A DNA stretch of 64,000 nt from Raillietiella orientalis (taxonomy: Eukaryota): assembly GCA_036172245.1 (NCBI GenBank), contig JAYWIR010000003.1, positions 4,836,001 through 4,900,000 on the forward strand, given 5' to 3'. Within the stretch, counting starts at the first letter, position 1, and each line of letters begins with the position of its first letter. The notes under the pieces were generated by a model that saw only the letters and a program-made list of their open reading frames with translations, made no database searches and was not told the DNA's origin. The position numbers were made by a program, and so were the translations under genes. This document shows, piece after piece, positions 36,986 through 53,600 of the stretch.

Positions 36986-39900
36986 CTGCAAGTCACTTGT
37001 TTTCCCCCTCAAACTAATACCGCACTTTCAAATTGCCAGACATTTTATGCAATCTCTACTGATAAGATCATTAATCGATGAGTGATTGAAAATTCACAAC
37101 GCCACCCAACAAGTCCAGTTTTGAAATGAGGCATTCAAACACCAAAGAAAATTACAGTGCACCGCAAATGTTGGAAGACCCTTTCCAGTGGGATGCTGTC
37201 AACGAATAAACCCACACATTGGTTTCTCCCGTCATGAGAATGGACTGAGGCACGAAGTCAACGAACTAATCAACAAATTCTTTACGAAAGCCTTCATTCT
37301 AATCAGAAGCTGCAAGTTCATCGTCCTTGGATCGGACCACGTGGACTGCTCCCAAGCACTTTGGCATTAAGGAGAAGCCCAACACCTCCTGGCTCGTCTG
37401 GGAGGCGTTCGTTCTTCACCGGCGGGGACGCCAAGACCATCTCTCGGCATGACACCTGTAGCTTCTCCCCCTCACCCTCACCCCCCGCGGATTCCTTTAT
37501 GCTCCTAACCACTTTCCAAAGTGTGATTCCGAGCTGTTTTAAGACCGCAGAGGAATAAAACTCCAAGAGTTGGGTTCAAATGCGGAACTCCGTTCAACGC
37601 AATCACTCCTCCAAAGTTCGTGTGAACGGCGAAGGGATCGACTTTGGTGCGTTCTACCAAAGCCTCTCGCAGCAACTCTTCCATTTGGTTGTTTACAATT
37701 TTTGACGTACAACGTATACGGATTTCAGGAGTCTGCGTGCGTATTTGGTCAAGATTTGATTCCGAAATTCTATTCGGCTAGATGCCAGCAAGTGTAGCTG
37801 AGTGGATGGGATCATTTTTGTTTATTGTGGAGTATTCTGACCTTCCGAATCTCAGGCATTCGAGAGAACCCTGCGTTGGCAGCTGGAAAAAAGAGATGCC
37901 ATAAAGTAGAATTTGGCATTCCACTGTAGACAAGAAATAAACGAAGAGATGGGAAAAACATCTAAATGACCTGGAGGCGTGGAGTGGTAATGAAGTTGGG
38001 ATCCATCTCCATGTGGAGATCCCCTTTTCTCAGTAAATCGGTGTTTCGATTGCTAGGGCTAAACACTTTTGTAATTGGTGAGTCTTTCTAATCGGGATAT
38101 ACAGAGAACTAAAATGCATGTTGATACAGAATTCTATTGGGAATTTATTTTAGAAATACATGTCAAATAATCACTGAATAAAATAGCCCTTATCTAATCA
38201 GTACATACGAGATCAGATAATTCGTCCAATAGTGGATGTACCCGAAATTTATACAGACAACAAGGAGGATATCACCTTAAAGCAAGCAGTTTAATCTGAT
38301 GTGTGCAAAATGAGCAACTCCACGAGACCTACTGAAAATGTTTCCCAAAGAAACTTTCTTCTGTTCAGTAAAGGTCCCAATTCATTCCGTGATAGAGAAA
38401 CGCCTAAAAGATTGAAAATCTGAAAGGTCGAGTCCAGAAATTACTCGAAAACTTCAAACTGAGATTCCGATGTGAAAATGTTGAATCGGCCCTAAATCTT
38501 CCTGTCGCCGGTCGTACGGCAAATAAAATTATGGTCAAGACACAAGCAGTGATATGATGTGGTTCGTCGCTACTAATGAGAGATCTACTAGTAGACTGAT
38601 AGAACTGAAAAAGATCCCCCAAAATGCAGCTACTCAGTCTGGAGACGAATGGTGTACAGTGAGTCCATGATTGGCGACGGTGGTCACCGTTTCAGGGAGT
38701 CATTCTCAAGACTTTGCGTTTCTCGACTTGAAGTCTGTTGGTTCAACTCAAAATCCAATACATGGTAGTGTAAACTGCACGTTAAATTGCACTCAAGAGT
38801 ATGAACTAAGTAGATTTATTCATATTTTACTAAAACTAGTTATTTAGGAGCGGGAGATGGTGATTCGGTTTTTTAATGGATACTACTGGATGTTGTATAT
38901 GCGTGATAGGTAAAGGAATCGCAAACCCTCAAAATAAGTCTTTGAACTACAGCTGTTAGTGAAGGAAGCAAGTTAGGGGGTTAGTAGAAATATTCCAAAG
39001 GGAGAGAAGGAAAATGGTGCCGCGAGAGGAGAGATTGAAATGTAGGAAGTAGTGATAGTTCAGAAGGGGAAAACTTAGTGGTGGCAGTCTGTTGCTCATA
39101 CAGATGAATACGACGATACAGTGCCATACAATCAGAGCGATTGCTTAGAGGTACTGAGGAGTTTCATAGTTATTTATTTGTGGCAACCTAGGTAGTATCT
39201 AATTACTGGCAAAAGGACAGGGCTGTGGACGTGATTCCGGAAGCACTGGAATGAATCCTTGTTTTCCCGAATGAGATCCTATTGAGTTTACTTGGTCAAT
39301 TAGTATGCTAGTGAGGTGAATTTTTCTCAAGTTTGCATTTGAATTATTTATGCTTAGTGAGATATTGAAGAGCAATTTACAATTTATAGGTTTCGATGAT
39401 ATTGGGAAAGCGACTGTTATGGGAAAGAGACTCCGAGCAGTGTAGAATGAAAATAGTTGAAAGACGAGTGTTGGAAAATGAAAATAAGGACGCTTTTTGT
39501 CATGCTCTGTCTTTTTACTATTATTATTATTATTATTAAGTATCAATGTAATATCAAAGGGTGGGTTTGAATGATGCTCTTACAACGTCACAAAATGTAA
39601 GTTATGAATAATTAACTAAATAAATATTTGAAAATTATTAATTACTAATGTTTAATTTATGTTTAAGGTTGTGCCTTATTGCAAAATGAGATGTCACTTA
39701 CAATCTTGTAGTGTGCTATGAAAATGGATTATTAATTGTTTTTTATTACTCTACAGCTATGGGATTCTCCTCAGTACTATAATTGCTCGAAAAATAAAAA
39801 ATGAAAATGTTCTTCTATGGTATTTAGAGATTGTTCTAAATTAATGTTATGTGATTTATCCTAGAAACCCACATATTGTATATAATATGCATTATATACT

Positions 39901-42900
39901 AGAGAAAAAGGAGAGAACTAGAATATGATTTTATAGATATATTTAGTATATGAAAGTATAATTTAAAGAGTGCTGATTTCATAATGGGAACCGTGTGGCA
40001 ATTTTTTATCAGGGAAATACTACTGAATGAAAAAATATTTATAAAACACTTGGCATTTTTGTAATAATAAACGGAATTCATTCGAATCGAGAAACACGTA
40101 AAAATTTGGATGAATGATCGGATATACGTATATTGATTCAAAAACTGTTTCTTGATTTGAATGATTCAATTTCGGTAATGCATTTCCGGATGAGTTACCA
40201 ATATTTTGGCATCAAAGGAAAAATATTTCAGCTGTGTTTCTTTCTGAATTCGTACAAAAATGCCAAGTTATCGTGATTAAGTTAGTGAAAATTCACCCAA
40301 TGAGCCGTGTTTTTGTTCTCTTTCCTGCTGTCAGTTTTTCCGGCGAAAAGTCATTTAACGACTTTCAAATGATAGTTGGAATTGCTGTTCCGTTTACCAT
40401 TCCACACGGCAGCGCTGAAAGATGAAAGGTGCTGGTTCTTCTCTCTCACAAGTAACATTATATGAAACAAACGTCACGGTAGAGGCAGATATGTTGCACG
40501 TAGGAAGTTTCTTTCCACTCTTTCCGCACAGATGTGATGAGTTCGGCCATGAATGGCCCATCTGTGGTTCGTGCACTCATTCTAAAGTTCCAAAGCAGCA
40601 GTGAAGAAAAGCACAAAAAGCTTTTCACACGACAGTTGTCGTTCTAAAACCACAAATTTGTTACTTGAATCACAGAAATGCTCCATTACGTCCATTCATT
40701 CATTAATGTGCGCGCCACCACGTGACGATTTCATGCTTTTGTTTCTTTGCTTTTAGCACCGAGTCGTTTCCAGCAAACCATCCACTAATAAATTGTGCAT
40801 TCCACGTTTCAAAAACCATTATGCCTTTGTTTCTTTGATTCTTAGATTTCCTATCGTAGGAGCATACATCTAGACAAACCCATACAAAGGCTATATGCAC
40901 ATTTCCAAGAGTGTCACGGAATTTTTTTTCCCACTTCGTAGAAATCCTGGAATGGGTGGACGTAGTGCTACAGGGTTTGGAGGTACCTCCGAGCCATAGG
41001 AACTGCATGTTCCCCAAGATATGCTTACAAAGGGGGCATTCTAGAAGCATCTTTTCGCAAATTCATCAACTGCCTTGGATCCAGAATCAACTGAGCATTC
41101 TTCTATACTTTGATGGCAGTTTTTGCAATCGTGGCATCGAGGTTCCCCTGGAATTCAGAAGACTTATCAAAGGACATGGAGCTTCCGAAGAGAGCACTTA
41201 GTGTATTCTTCGGAACGAAAAAAGTGGCTCTCAGACTAGCGAATCTCACTTGAGATTCTAGCGGGTACACGTGCTTTATAGGTGAATAACAAGTCAATGG
41301 ACGAGCCACTGTCCTCTCATTCTTTAGTGACCCCCGATCTGGTCTAATTATTCTAAATTCAATCATGATTGACTCCCCACTGTACTGTTTTCTGCCAACC
41401 TGGTCGAAACTGTGATTTTAAGAGGCTCTACCTGAATCTGAGCGCTTTCCCAGGAATTGGGAGGGGGTCGTCATCCATCCCCATTCAGAACGACAGTACT
41501 GTCGTTCCCACAGGAACGGACGGCAGGAGCGGTGCTCTCAAGCAACCACGTCACTGGCGCCATGAAAAAGCTGCACAAACAACCGCAGCGCAAAGAAGCG
41601 AAGAAAAACAGGCTCGTAGAGCCAACAAGTGAAAAGTACTCTAAAAATGGGCACAACATTACGAGTGGCCGCTGAACTCCGGATATGGAACAGGCAATCA
41701 CACAGATCCTGGATCCAGTAAAAATGGTAAAGTTTATTAATCAATTTGCATTGTTCAAAGAATCACTGCAAGGACGACCGCGCGCAGAAGCTCCTTTGAA
41801 GTTCAGACCAACTCCCATTTACTTGATGGTGGAGCCCTCGCTACCTGCAACCGAGGTCAACTACCCGGACTGGTTATATGGCAATCAGTAGATGCCGAGA
41901 GAAGCCCGCATAATCCCCGACCGAAGCACGCGAGCTCTCTTAGAGATGGGGCGAGGTTACCCTTAGGCGTTTCCAGACGCGAGAGACATACACTCAGTGA
42001 CCCTTGAAAGTTACCAGGAAATGGAGGGGTATAGTGTGGTTGGAAATCAACCCAGAGAGCGGCAGACCTAGATCTTCAGGAAGAAGAAGGAAAAAACACG
42101 GTCGTTAGGACGGGAGCTGTGTGCGCAGCAGCAGGCAGCGATGAGAAAGAGGGGGAGATGTACGGAATGTGACGCCTCCTACATCCAGTATTCGTCTGGA
42201 AGGGATCGGCGAAGATTCTTACAAGGATCCCAGTGTATCCCAACGAACCACGCCCGCTTCCGGCGTAAGGACTCCCGATGCGTCCCTCAGTAGACGTGCG
42301 CAAAGATCGTGCAGGATGCGATACGAAACCTGCCCTCAAGCTTTGAAACTTCACGTATTCAGAACTCAGCTCGGGTGGCCAACCCAAGGTTTCATTTTTG
42401 TTTTTTATGCACACGTTGTATGGAGCACGCGAAGGCAGAATCTTTGCAGAAGGCTGTGTTCACGGGAGCAGCAGCCTCTCCATTAGGGAGAACCGACCGA
42501 CCTAGCTTGTCCTCGTAGCTGGAAACGTGGGAAGGAGAGAACGATCGACCTAAGCTGGGTGCTAAACTGGGGAGGGGGTGCGGAAGATTAGGAACAGGTG
42601 TGGTCTTCATGCGGCATGGGCATACTGCACCGATCTCTGGCAGCCTCAGCTCCATCCCGCTTACCAGAATTCGTCTGGAACGTCTTCAAACTGGTCTCTT
42701 GCTCCGCACGGATCTTCGAAACGCACTTCCTGGGTGACTCTGAGTTCACCTCGACGGGCAGGAAACCTGGTCCACTGGTTCATCTGGCTGGTATTTTTTC
42801 TTGGACGTGAAACAACAGCTGTGCACACACACACAACCCAGGCATAGCTATCGTTGTTCAGGCTCTGCATTGGATCAGCCAGACCTATCTCCAACAGGAT

Positions 42901-45900
42901 CGTACCCGTTGCAACTGGAAGCACTGAAACAGAATTTGATCATCTCTTCGGTATCCCTTGAGCAGCAAAGGGTACGCACGAGATCATGCGAAACCCTCCG
43001 TAAATCTACAGGATCCTTAGGATATGAGTATGTCCAGGATATGTATGTGTGTAGATGGAAATGGACACCTATAGAATGATAGATGGAAAATTGAGTGTAT
43101 GATTCTTTCGCTCAAGCTATTGTTTCTGTTTCAGTGACTGCTGCGCAAATTCATTCCCCCTTCTAAACAACTGCATCCTCTGTAAGTGAGAAGGACGGAA
43201 TAGAACAAGAGCTCCATCTTGTATGCGAGATTCTCACGCTTCACCTCAATGAGCTGAAGATATCTGAAGTGCTGCTGGTCATCGATCCATACAAATTTCT
43301 CTCTACACAAATTCAGAGGCATTTCAAGTCTTCTCATTCTTCATTGCTGGAGCACTTGATTTTGGACTTGCCCTGTTTTGAGTCAGAACTGCTAAAAGCC
43401 CGAGAGAAATGGGGAAAAGCAGACGACCATCCTCCATTTTTAAAACAAATGATTTACTTAGTAGTCACCATGGTAGCATTCTCTGGAGAATCCTAGGAGT
43501 GCTAAAAGGTCACTTTCCGCCATATGAACAGAAGAAAAATCTTGCATCCCCAAATCAGCTTGGGAGTCTGAAGGATGCGAGCAGAAGGTTTATGGGATCG
43601 TGGTCACGAAATCAGAATCAGAGAACTTACATAATGGTGCCAGGAAGGCCTGCTCCGATTGAAGGGATGGTTATCGCTCACCTGGCGAGCATCCCTTCAG
43701 GAAAAAGCTCTTGGCAGATACCAGCAAAGTCAAATTAAGTTCTGAAATAGTGATGTGAGGGGGCCAAGAAATGGGAATCAGCTCATTAAGTGTACAAGAA
43801 TGCCGGAAATGTTACTAGTGTATTAAAATGTACAAGTGATGTTGGGAATCATGGGAAGCACGTGTGATCGTTAGTACTGTGTTCCCAAGACCCTGTGGAA
43901 TCTGAGAGTTTAAGAAAAAAAATCTGATCCGCTACCAAATCGCAGAAATACAATGTGCAATGAAATGCTATGGACAGGCAGTAATGTGGAAGAATGAGAA
44001 TGCACAAAGCGGGGTACATCTATTTATTGATCGGTTGAACCGAAGTGGCATTCACGTTTCTTGAGATTTCTTAGAGGCGGTTCAATGAGAAGAAGAGCTT
44101 TAGAGTTGAGTAATGGATTGTGTTTGACATTGTGTGTGATTTCTATGAAATTCGATGAAACAAAGGGGAAAGAAGAGAACAAACCATCAAATACTAAAAT
44201 ATGGCATTAGACATGAAACCGGAAACAGTTCTATACCGTGAGTTGAGGATTGCATGCTACCTCAGATGAGAACAAGTGATTTTTCCTTCGCTTTCGATGA
44301 TTAAAGTAAACTCTTAAACGGAACGGATTTTGAGAATTGGATTGCGAGAAAATAGCACGAGACAAAGGAAGTACAGAAATCAAATCACTGGAACTTTTAA
44401 GGTTCCGATATGTGCATAGTGAGCTGATTAACAAAAATACAAATTCTGTTCAAGGAGATAAAAATCTCAAACTGTGCATAATTGTTGGAAACTTCCATTT
44501 CCTTGCCTCCATGTTTAAAAATGAGTAATTAGAACAGAAATTGAAAAGGTTGGTGTGTTTCCTAAGCGAAGAAAGTTGAAGAAATCCAGCAGAGATTTTC
44601 GAAACAACTTTGTATAGCGGTAATAACAAAATGTGGCAATTAACAAAAGCAGCGTGTGACCTCTGGATTACTGCATAATTGGAAATTCCGTATCGATTCA
44701 TACAATGGAGGGTGTTTGACATTGAACAAAACGAAAAAAATAAACAATAACGTATTGAAAGGTCTCATAATTTATCCAAGCTAATGACAATTAAGACGCA
44801 AAGCGAATACTTTGGTTATGAAGGGAGAGGAAGCTGACGAATAATGTTATAGACGAAATTTTATTGCCTGAGCACGTATGCAGGCAATTTCTTATAAGTT
44901 TGGTTTGGGGAATGAGGATATGAAAACAGATAAGCACTGCAGGCTAACAGAATTACGAAACGTTAATTAGTTCATCACTGACGAGTGTTGGCGAAGCTGA
45001 ATTTTAGGATCCGCATAAGTGATCTGTTACAAATGCATAGTATTATTCAGCGCAATTAAGAAGCAACGAAGAAATGACAAAGCTGTAAACGAGAAAATTT
45101 CGCCAATCGAAAACTGTGAATGCATACAGATATACAGTGCTAAAATACGTGACGAAATTGTTAGCACAAAGGTTCCTGAAAATCATTTGAGCATAGCAGT
45201 TTCTTTCCAACTTTGCGAATTCAGATTTAAATTAAGATGCGCAGTTCATTGTAGTCTGATTGTTTTCAGTTATTTTTGTTGAAGAGTGTCTATTTCTTGG
45301 TATTTTGTATAAAGAGATTAGCAACCTTGTTTATTTATTAATGAATTGTTTTAGGCGTTCAGTTTTGTGTTACTGCAAATCTGAAGCGTTTCTGATAAAA
45401 GCAAAGTAAAAAATTAAAAATAACATTCAGCCCTGATACCCATTTGCCAGCATTGTATTTTGCTCAATGTAGGCATCGTTTTTTATTTTTTGTTTGCTTC
45501 ATGGTCTGCAGTGCTTTGCTGAATCTTAGACTTTGGAGCGTTGAAGACGCTGCGTAACTTGGTACCTCACAAAATCAAAAACATGGCCACGTCATTTGTC
45601 TAGCATGTTTTTTGACTGGATGATGTACTAATGCTCCCAGACATCAACATTTATGCCATTATAGTCATTCTTAAACTCTCTAAGTGGATTTTGAAGAATT
45701 GGAATTCCTTCCTTCTGGTAACCACAATGCCACCACGTTTTTCCTTGCCATTTCCTGTGTATATGTATAATAAAGCATTCACATGTGTTGGCATTTTGTG
45801 TTGTCTTGAATGTCATTACAAGCGAGTATTACACCAAGTTCTGAAGATCCTGACCTGCAGCCTCTGTTTCGAAACAAGTATATTGATGCACCATTTTCTG

Positions 45901-46854
45901 TATGTATGCACTATAGCATTAATTTGGATGTGTTTCATGTTTGTAAGCTGGGAAACCATGAAATTTTTATGCAAAAGTTTCTTGTTAAGTTTTTAACACA
46001 TTTATTCACGTGAACAAAATGAATCACCAAATTAAAATCATATCACGGGTAATGATACTGTGGTAGCATGCAAGCAATGAAAATTCAGATGTTTGTTTCT
46101 AGCAATTGTGCATTATTTAAACGTGCAATAATACACATTCACAGTGAGAAGCAGCCATGGTTTGGATTGGATTGCAATTATCTGCAGATCCTTAAACGTT
46201 CTACAAGATTTGCATATCAGTTTAATTACGGAAAGCATACTCAGTGATGAACTTAATTGCACAAAACAAATGTTAATGACATATGTAGTGAAAAGTTTCC
46301 AAAGCAAACCTATTTCTCTTTGTCGCCAGATCACTTATGTAGCTGGCTGTATAAATTCTGTATTTAAAGGATGTTTCCTTTAAACACATTTCAAAGTATT
46401 TCTATAGTATTTTATTTTGTATACTTTGCAAAACTGTATGTTTGATCATTATCTACTTCACTTCCGATTTTACAGTTTGCTATTCAAATGCTCAACTTAT
46501 CAAAAAATGAGGAATGATACACAGAAAGGGTACATTGCAAGATGAAACCAATTAAGCAAATAATGTTACACTGGATGAGGCAATTTGACGTTCACTAAAC
46601 TTTGCATTTCATAAGGAAGAAACTGTTAAATTCCTGCAAACAGATTGCAGCACAGCAAAATTCTGATAACAAACCCTACCCAGCTGTGCTTGCTTTCACT
46701 GAGCACCAATGCTAACACTAGCATGTAGTCATCACCAAAATTTTATATTTGATGCAAAACATATAAATGATAAAGCTGTTCCCTATCTTTGCCTCATGGC
46801 TCCCTTTTTCCTGATATGATGTCAAGCACTTTATTAGCATTATTGGTTGCAGTT

Positions 46855-47629
<775 letters not shown>

Positions 47630-50600
47630 TCAGGCTTATTATAATTTCTTCATTGAAACTCTTAAATTCTTCAATCAGCTAATGTCAGTGCTTTCTTAAA
47701 CATAATGCTAACCTAGCAAGACAAAACTTTTAACATGTGGCAACATGGTCATTAATAATGCTGAATCTACACAATGTACCAGCAACACTTTCAGATCACA
47801 CTGGGATTAGTAGAAGCCCTCCTGGAGTTGAACAAAATAAAAATCACTAAACACTGGAACAGAAGGCATATTCAACCATGGAACAGAAACTGACAATTTA
47901 TTGTGCAACATGAATACATTGAAAACTCAATTTAACCAATTCTGCGGGCCACAATATGCAATGCTTCAGCGTTTCACACTGCTGATTACAATTTTCAGAA
48001 TAATGTTTTCAACATTATCAGTTATTGCACATAGAAATTGAATATCCTCCCATATTATAAACATGCTTAGTTCTTGGTACTCGCACCTTCGGAGCACTCC
48101 TAAATTATGAGCATATAAGAATGTCCAATTGCTTTTATTACTAGCACAAATGAAAAAGTGCTGCGATTGGCAAAATCACGTTCGTGAATACGAGTCATTT
48201 AACAGACGGGCCGAAAATATTTTTAAAATCACCGAAAGTCGGCCGTGTATGCACAAATTTTTTTTTTTTTTCCCGTGGAATGAGAATCCGGCACACCGAC
48301 AAAAATTGCTCATCTAACGGTGACTGCAACGAATTCCAACTTCTAAATATCAACACTGAAACGCCGTCATCAAATCGTCATTGCTCGTAAATCACGAAAC
48401 CGAAACACCAAACACGACGATACAAACCGAACAGGGAAAAGGGAGGGAAAAAACACACACAAACACACACACACTGAACACGGAGGCCCAGTAAAAAGGA
48501 AAAAAAAAAAGAAAGGAACGTGCACACCCGACTGGATGCTCGGTTTCCCCTTGCAGAAGAGCAGAAGCCCCACAACTCGGGAGCCACTGCGGGTTCAAGC
48601 CAAAGCGTGTCCTACACTCAAACCGGGCCCATTTGGGGGACTGCAAGCACAAACAATCAATGGGGAAAAACACGAGGGACGGTGTGTGGGAGAGGGAAGG
48701 GGAGAGAAAAAAAAAAAAAAAAAAAAAAAAAACAGAAGAAGAAGAAGAAGAGAAAGAAAAAAAAAAATCATTCCAAACACGAACGAGCGCACAAAAGTGG
48801 GGGTACCATTCACAGCAACCTTTGCAATCCCCCCACATGTGTGTGTATGCCCACCGAAATTTCTTCAATTGGAACAGCAGCTGCCAAATAGCTAAAACCG
48901 GATCGGCGGCTGATTTATGGTTATTTGGTCAGCAGAGGATTGGGTTTTCCTTCCGAGACGTTCGTTCTTGAAAAGAGGCCGCCACCACCTTGGGGTGGGC
49001 TTGCGATAACCTGCGTCAAAATCCGTTGTCCTTCTGGTATCCCTTCCGCCTCTCCCCAAAACGGAGGAGCCGATGCAGCACTTGGCACCAGCATATGTAT
49101 ACGTGCAGGGGCAATGGGCACACTTCGGCTGGGGCATCCCGGAAGATTCCCCGCGATCTCCTGTTCCATTTCAAATCGAACTTCACCATGCAATGGCATG
49201 GAAGTTTGACAGTACAGCTCGTGTTCCTCCCCCTTCGAAAAGCCACGGCTGCCGACTTGTTGTCCCCCACTCGAACGGGATCACAGGAACGCTGCGCTTG
49301 TATTCCTGGGCGCCAGGGGAAGAGGGATTCATTTGGATGCTGCTGCTTTCGGGAATGCATGCACCGTCATCCCATAACCTGTGCTCCCAATTTCGCAAAC
49401 GGCTTTATTCGTTATTTCGCCACTTTTTGTACATTGGAAAACAGTTCTTGACCAAGTTGTACAACAAGTTACGGGTTTCCTTTGAGAAGCACCCACTTAG
49501 TGATACCAGATTTTTCAACTCGAATGAAATCAATACTTCAAAAGGGAAGATGGTTTCTCCCTTGGCACCATAAACCTGATTCATAGGAATGAGGGGCTTC
49601 GTGATTTCATCTATAAATGCCATTTCGATTTATTCATTGAGAAGTAAGTTATTAGCATTCGGTGACTGCATCTGTTTCATTTCACTTTTGTTCGAATTCT
49701 TAAAACATGAGATTACGACAAAAGCCACGTGTGCACCTTTTCTGGGTCGGAACATCACGAAAATATGTGCTGGAGAGACCCAAAGAGTTTCCATTTTTTA
49801 TAGTGATGACCCAACTGTCATACATACAGACTAAGAAAGGAACAAGGCTTGAATGCTCGTATTCAGGAATCTCCAAGGCTTTCCTAATTTGGGGCTTTTT
49901 CTCCATAAAATGCTTTCCTGAACTTCGTAGTCTTTTACTATTTGATGTACACCTGATTTAGGTGAGAGGTAACTAAATTCTGTGGACAGTGGTCGTTCTC
50001 GGAACGGTAAAAAAAAAAGAAAGAGCAAGGAATGATTCAGCTCAAACCCCATCGAACGTTCAGCGTCATCAAAACCATAACAGTAGGCTCTTGAGTCCAA
50101 CTTCATAGAAAAATTAGTAGAGCTGTAAACGAACATAAGTCGGTGTCAATCGTGAAGCCAAAATTAGGAAAGATAAATTCAAAGGAAAGGGGTGGAGAAT
50201 CCGAGTTTTGTTCGGTTAGACCTCCGCGCTTCCTCAGTTACTTCGGCAGCTCGGTTTCTGTTCCCACTTCGTTCGCCCTGACTCTCTCGTTCCTGCGAAA
50301 AATTCTTTTGATTTGTCCCTTATCCCCTTTTTCTCTCACGTTCTCCTATCAGTCTCATTTTGCTCATTTGGCTGCTGCGGGTTTTTCACATGCGGATGGT
50401 CTGTGATCTCTCTGAATCTTAATGGTTAACCTTCAGAGCGACAGACTGACTTTCCTCCTGCCCACGGCAGCCAGGAAGCGACCCTTCCTCTGCTTTCAGA
50501 GCACGTACGACGCCATCAATAGAACAGGCTTCCGAAGTTCCCCCCTTGGAAACCACACTGACCGCACGCTCTGGTGCAAAAAGAGGCTTCCAAAAATCAC

Positions 50601-53600
50601 ACATGAGCCAGTTGAAAGCGAAAGTGAGGTCGCGTTTAGGGAGCGCCATCGGCCACCGAAGGGAAAGGAGGATCCCGATTCCGCACCGATGCTTCGCTTT
50701 CCCAAGTTGGCGTTCAAAGACCGTGGGACTGCAGGCTCCCAGGAGTCGAAAGAGGAGAGTTGCTTCCTGGCGAAGTTAAAGAAAAAGGATTGCTTCCACA
50801 ACCAGCTCTAACAGCCGCCCGGGAAGGCCAGGCCCATCGCCTGGTTTTCTCAGGGGCGAGTAGCGGGCTGCTGTTCTTCCCTGGAGTGCATCGTGGCTTC
50901 CTGCGGAGGAAGGGGAGGAAGGACGACCTTTCTGCTGGGATCTGCGTTGCAGGCAGCAGCCGCCACCGCGCCCGCAAGATCGAGTCCCGTCCAGCACTTC
51001 CCCCTCCCGGTCCAAGATGAGATTTTGTGCGCTCTCTCGCCCCCCACCTCCGATGGTCGTCGAGGACTCGGGAAAAGCGGAGAGGGGCTACTCCCGAAAA
51101 AGTGCCACGGACGAAAGCGAGTTCCCTCCTTCTCTCTGCCCCCTCCGTCTCCTGGATCAACCGCGGTTCCGCCCGTTCCCTCTCCTCACACAGGAGCTCG
51201 ATCCCACAATGCTCGGGCCCTCCGCGCACTTCCGGACAGCTTCTGGAGGGCTCTCCTTCGTCAAGAGGGGTCGAAGGGGCAAGGGGGTTGGGACAGATTC
51301 CACCTTGTCAGACAGATTCCACCGCGGGATTGTGACCATCGGCCGGAGCGTACTGCGGCGCTAGGAGGAGCCTTGCAGTCCTGGAGACCCCGCTATCGGA
51401 TCCCCCTCGCGCGGGTGCCTTCGTTCAGCTGACCTCCGACGGTATCCGCCCCACCGCTGCCTGCAGACTTCCGTAGCCCGTGGCGTATTCTCCAGCTGCG
51501 GCAATTAGCGGGTGCGCAGCTGGAGAAGCCCTCGAGCTGCTGCTTCCAGCTTTCCGAGTTGGTCGAGAAGCGGCCCGAGAACTAGAAGGGAGAGGAGGAA
51601 TCAGAATCGCAACCACCAGAATGCTCGTTCGGACGCGTACAAGGGACCCTCGGTGCAGTAGCGGCCGCGGTCCCTCTGCCGGTAGCCAAGGAGACGTGGG
51701 AGGAGGGTGTGTCCGCACGGACGCCCTCTCGTGTCACGAGCACCAGACCCTCGGAGACCTCTGGAGAACAGAAGGAAGGCGCGGGAAGTGGGAGGGTCAG
51801 AGGAGGACGGTAAGGTCAAGGGGCACGCTGGCGTTTCGCGCAGCATTGAGGAGGAAGGGAGGAGGAAGAGGAGGAGGAGGGAGAAGGGCACCATCCAAAA
51901 GAACTTGACGCATGGCAAATGGCTGACCGGGCGGGAGAGACCTAAGAAGAACTGGGCGTGCCTTCGGGCACGGCGTAGGTGCAGGAGGAAATGTGAGGGA
52001 GGCGGACGCACTCGCACGCTGGAGGGTCAACTCCTTGAGGCGCAAATACCCTTCTGTTCAGGTGGTCCGGGATCAAGGTTCTCTCTCCCTTGGTTCGGCT
52101 GGGACGCCATTTCTTTCCTTCCGGGGACAAACGCCGGCTTTCGAAGGGGAAGCTCTCCCTCCCCGCTGCCATATCCCGATGCCTCCGGCCGCTGGGAAAG
52201 GAAGACTGCTAGGACGAGGTGCGGTCCTCGGGGGTCACGCAGGCTTTCCTGGGAGGCCTCCTGAGCTGCGACCTGCCACCGCCTTTCCCGCCAAGACCAC
52301 GCCGTCGCCAACGCCTTCACTTCCTCTTCCGCCTCGCCGCTGCATTGAGATGCCTCGGGTTGAAAGCGGCGACGACCCCGACGCCGTCCCTCCACCTCCT
52401 CGTGACGAGGTGGCGTGGCTGCTGCTGCCGTCTCACAAATGCCAAGGAGGCGGCGGGAGAACCGAGCCGTCGCCATCGGGCGCTGAGAGGGCAGGCGGCA
52501 TCTAGCGACGTTCCTGCGAACCTCCGACGCTTGGGGAGCTTCCGCATCCTCCGAACCCTTCCCCTCTCGGGTCGACGGAAGCGCTCTTCCTCCGGAGGCG
52601 AGCCATGGCGCGTCGGTGGATCCATCCGCGGGTGTCGCGGATGGACCCAGCCGCCTCCCGCCAGCCGGACCGGCCGCCCTGTGGGGAGGAACTGCGCTCG
52701 AGGGTAGGGAGAGAACACGGGAACTGTTCTCCTGCATCTAGTGGTCCGGAGCAGGCGCTTCCGTCTCCCGGAATGACCACGACTTTCCGAACGATCGAGG
52801 TCTGTACACAGGGAGGATACGTGCTCCTCCCTCGCGCGAACGCTTCCTCCAGACTGAGAGCGAGTCAGAGGAAGGGAGAGGCGGGAAGCACAGGCGAGGC
52901 GTTGGCTGCTGAGTGTGCCACTGGCTTCTCAGTGCGCGCATGGCGTCGCGAGCGACAGCCGCGGGGAACGCCCTGTTCCTCCACTCTAAACGCCTCCTGA
53001 CGAGAACGCGCGGAGCACTGCGAGCCAGCGGCTGCTGTGCTCGGTACTCTGCCTCCTCAGCAGGGAGATTCCCTCCTCCTGCAAAAAACGGGAACCGAAC
53101 CCAACGCATGAACGGAGGACTGGCGTCCACCTATGAGCTTATCGATGGGACTAAGGAAGAAGCGAGTTTTCCTTGGTGGAATGGCAGCAAATAGCCGGTC
53201 CATCTTCTAATTGGCGATCGGGCACACACCAGCAAGAGGGACACACTGCTGTCCCCCCTGGATGCTTTCCCCGAATCGGAGTCGTCATTCCTTCAGACCG
53301 GTTTCGTTGTCCTCAAGATTGAACAGAGTGCGCTTGGCAACCGGTAGTCGTTTCTAGGACGTTCCTTCTGTCTTCTGCCTCATGGTGGATCTTTTTGCAC
53401 TGTTCCTCCTCAACCTTCCAGAAAGCTTTCTTCCCCTTCCCTTAATCACCACGCTTCAATTTGCGTCTCCGACTCTTTTATGGAGTTCATTTGAATTCCG
53501 TGTTGGTCTCGATGCAACGAATAACGGTGAGGAGCATCTTTGCCGAACCCAGGTGCAGAGGAGCCGTGCATATTATCGGAAACGAAAGGCATGGGTGAAA

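Noticed and set aside
40911..43740. Decayed retroelement (LLYFDGS resembles the first RNase H motif)
   Set aside because: A single short motif with no other RNase H, RT or integrase motifs and no terminal repeats.
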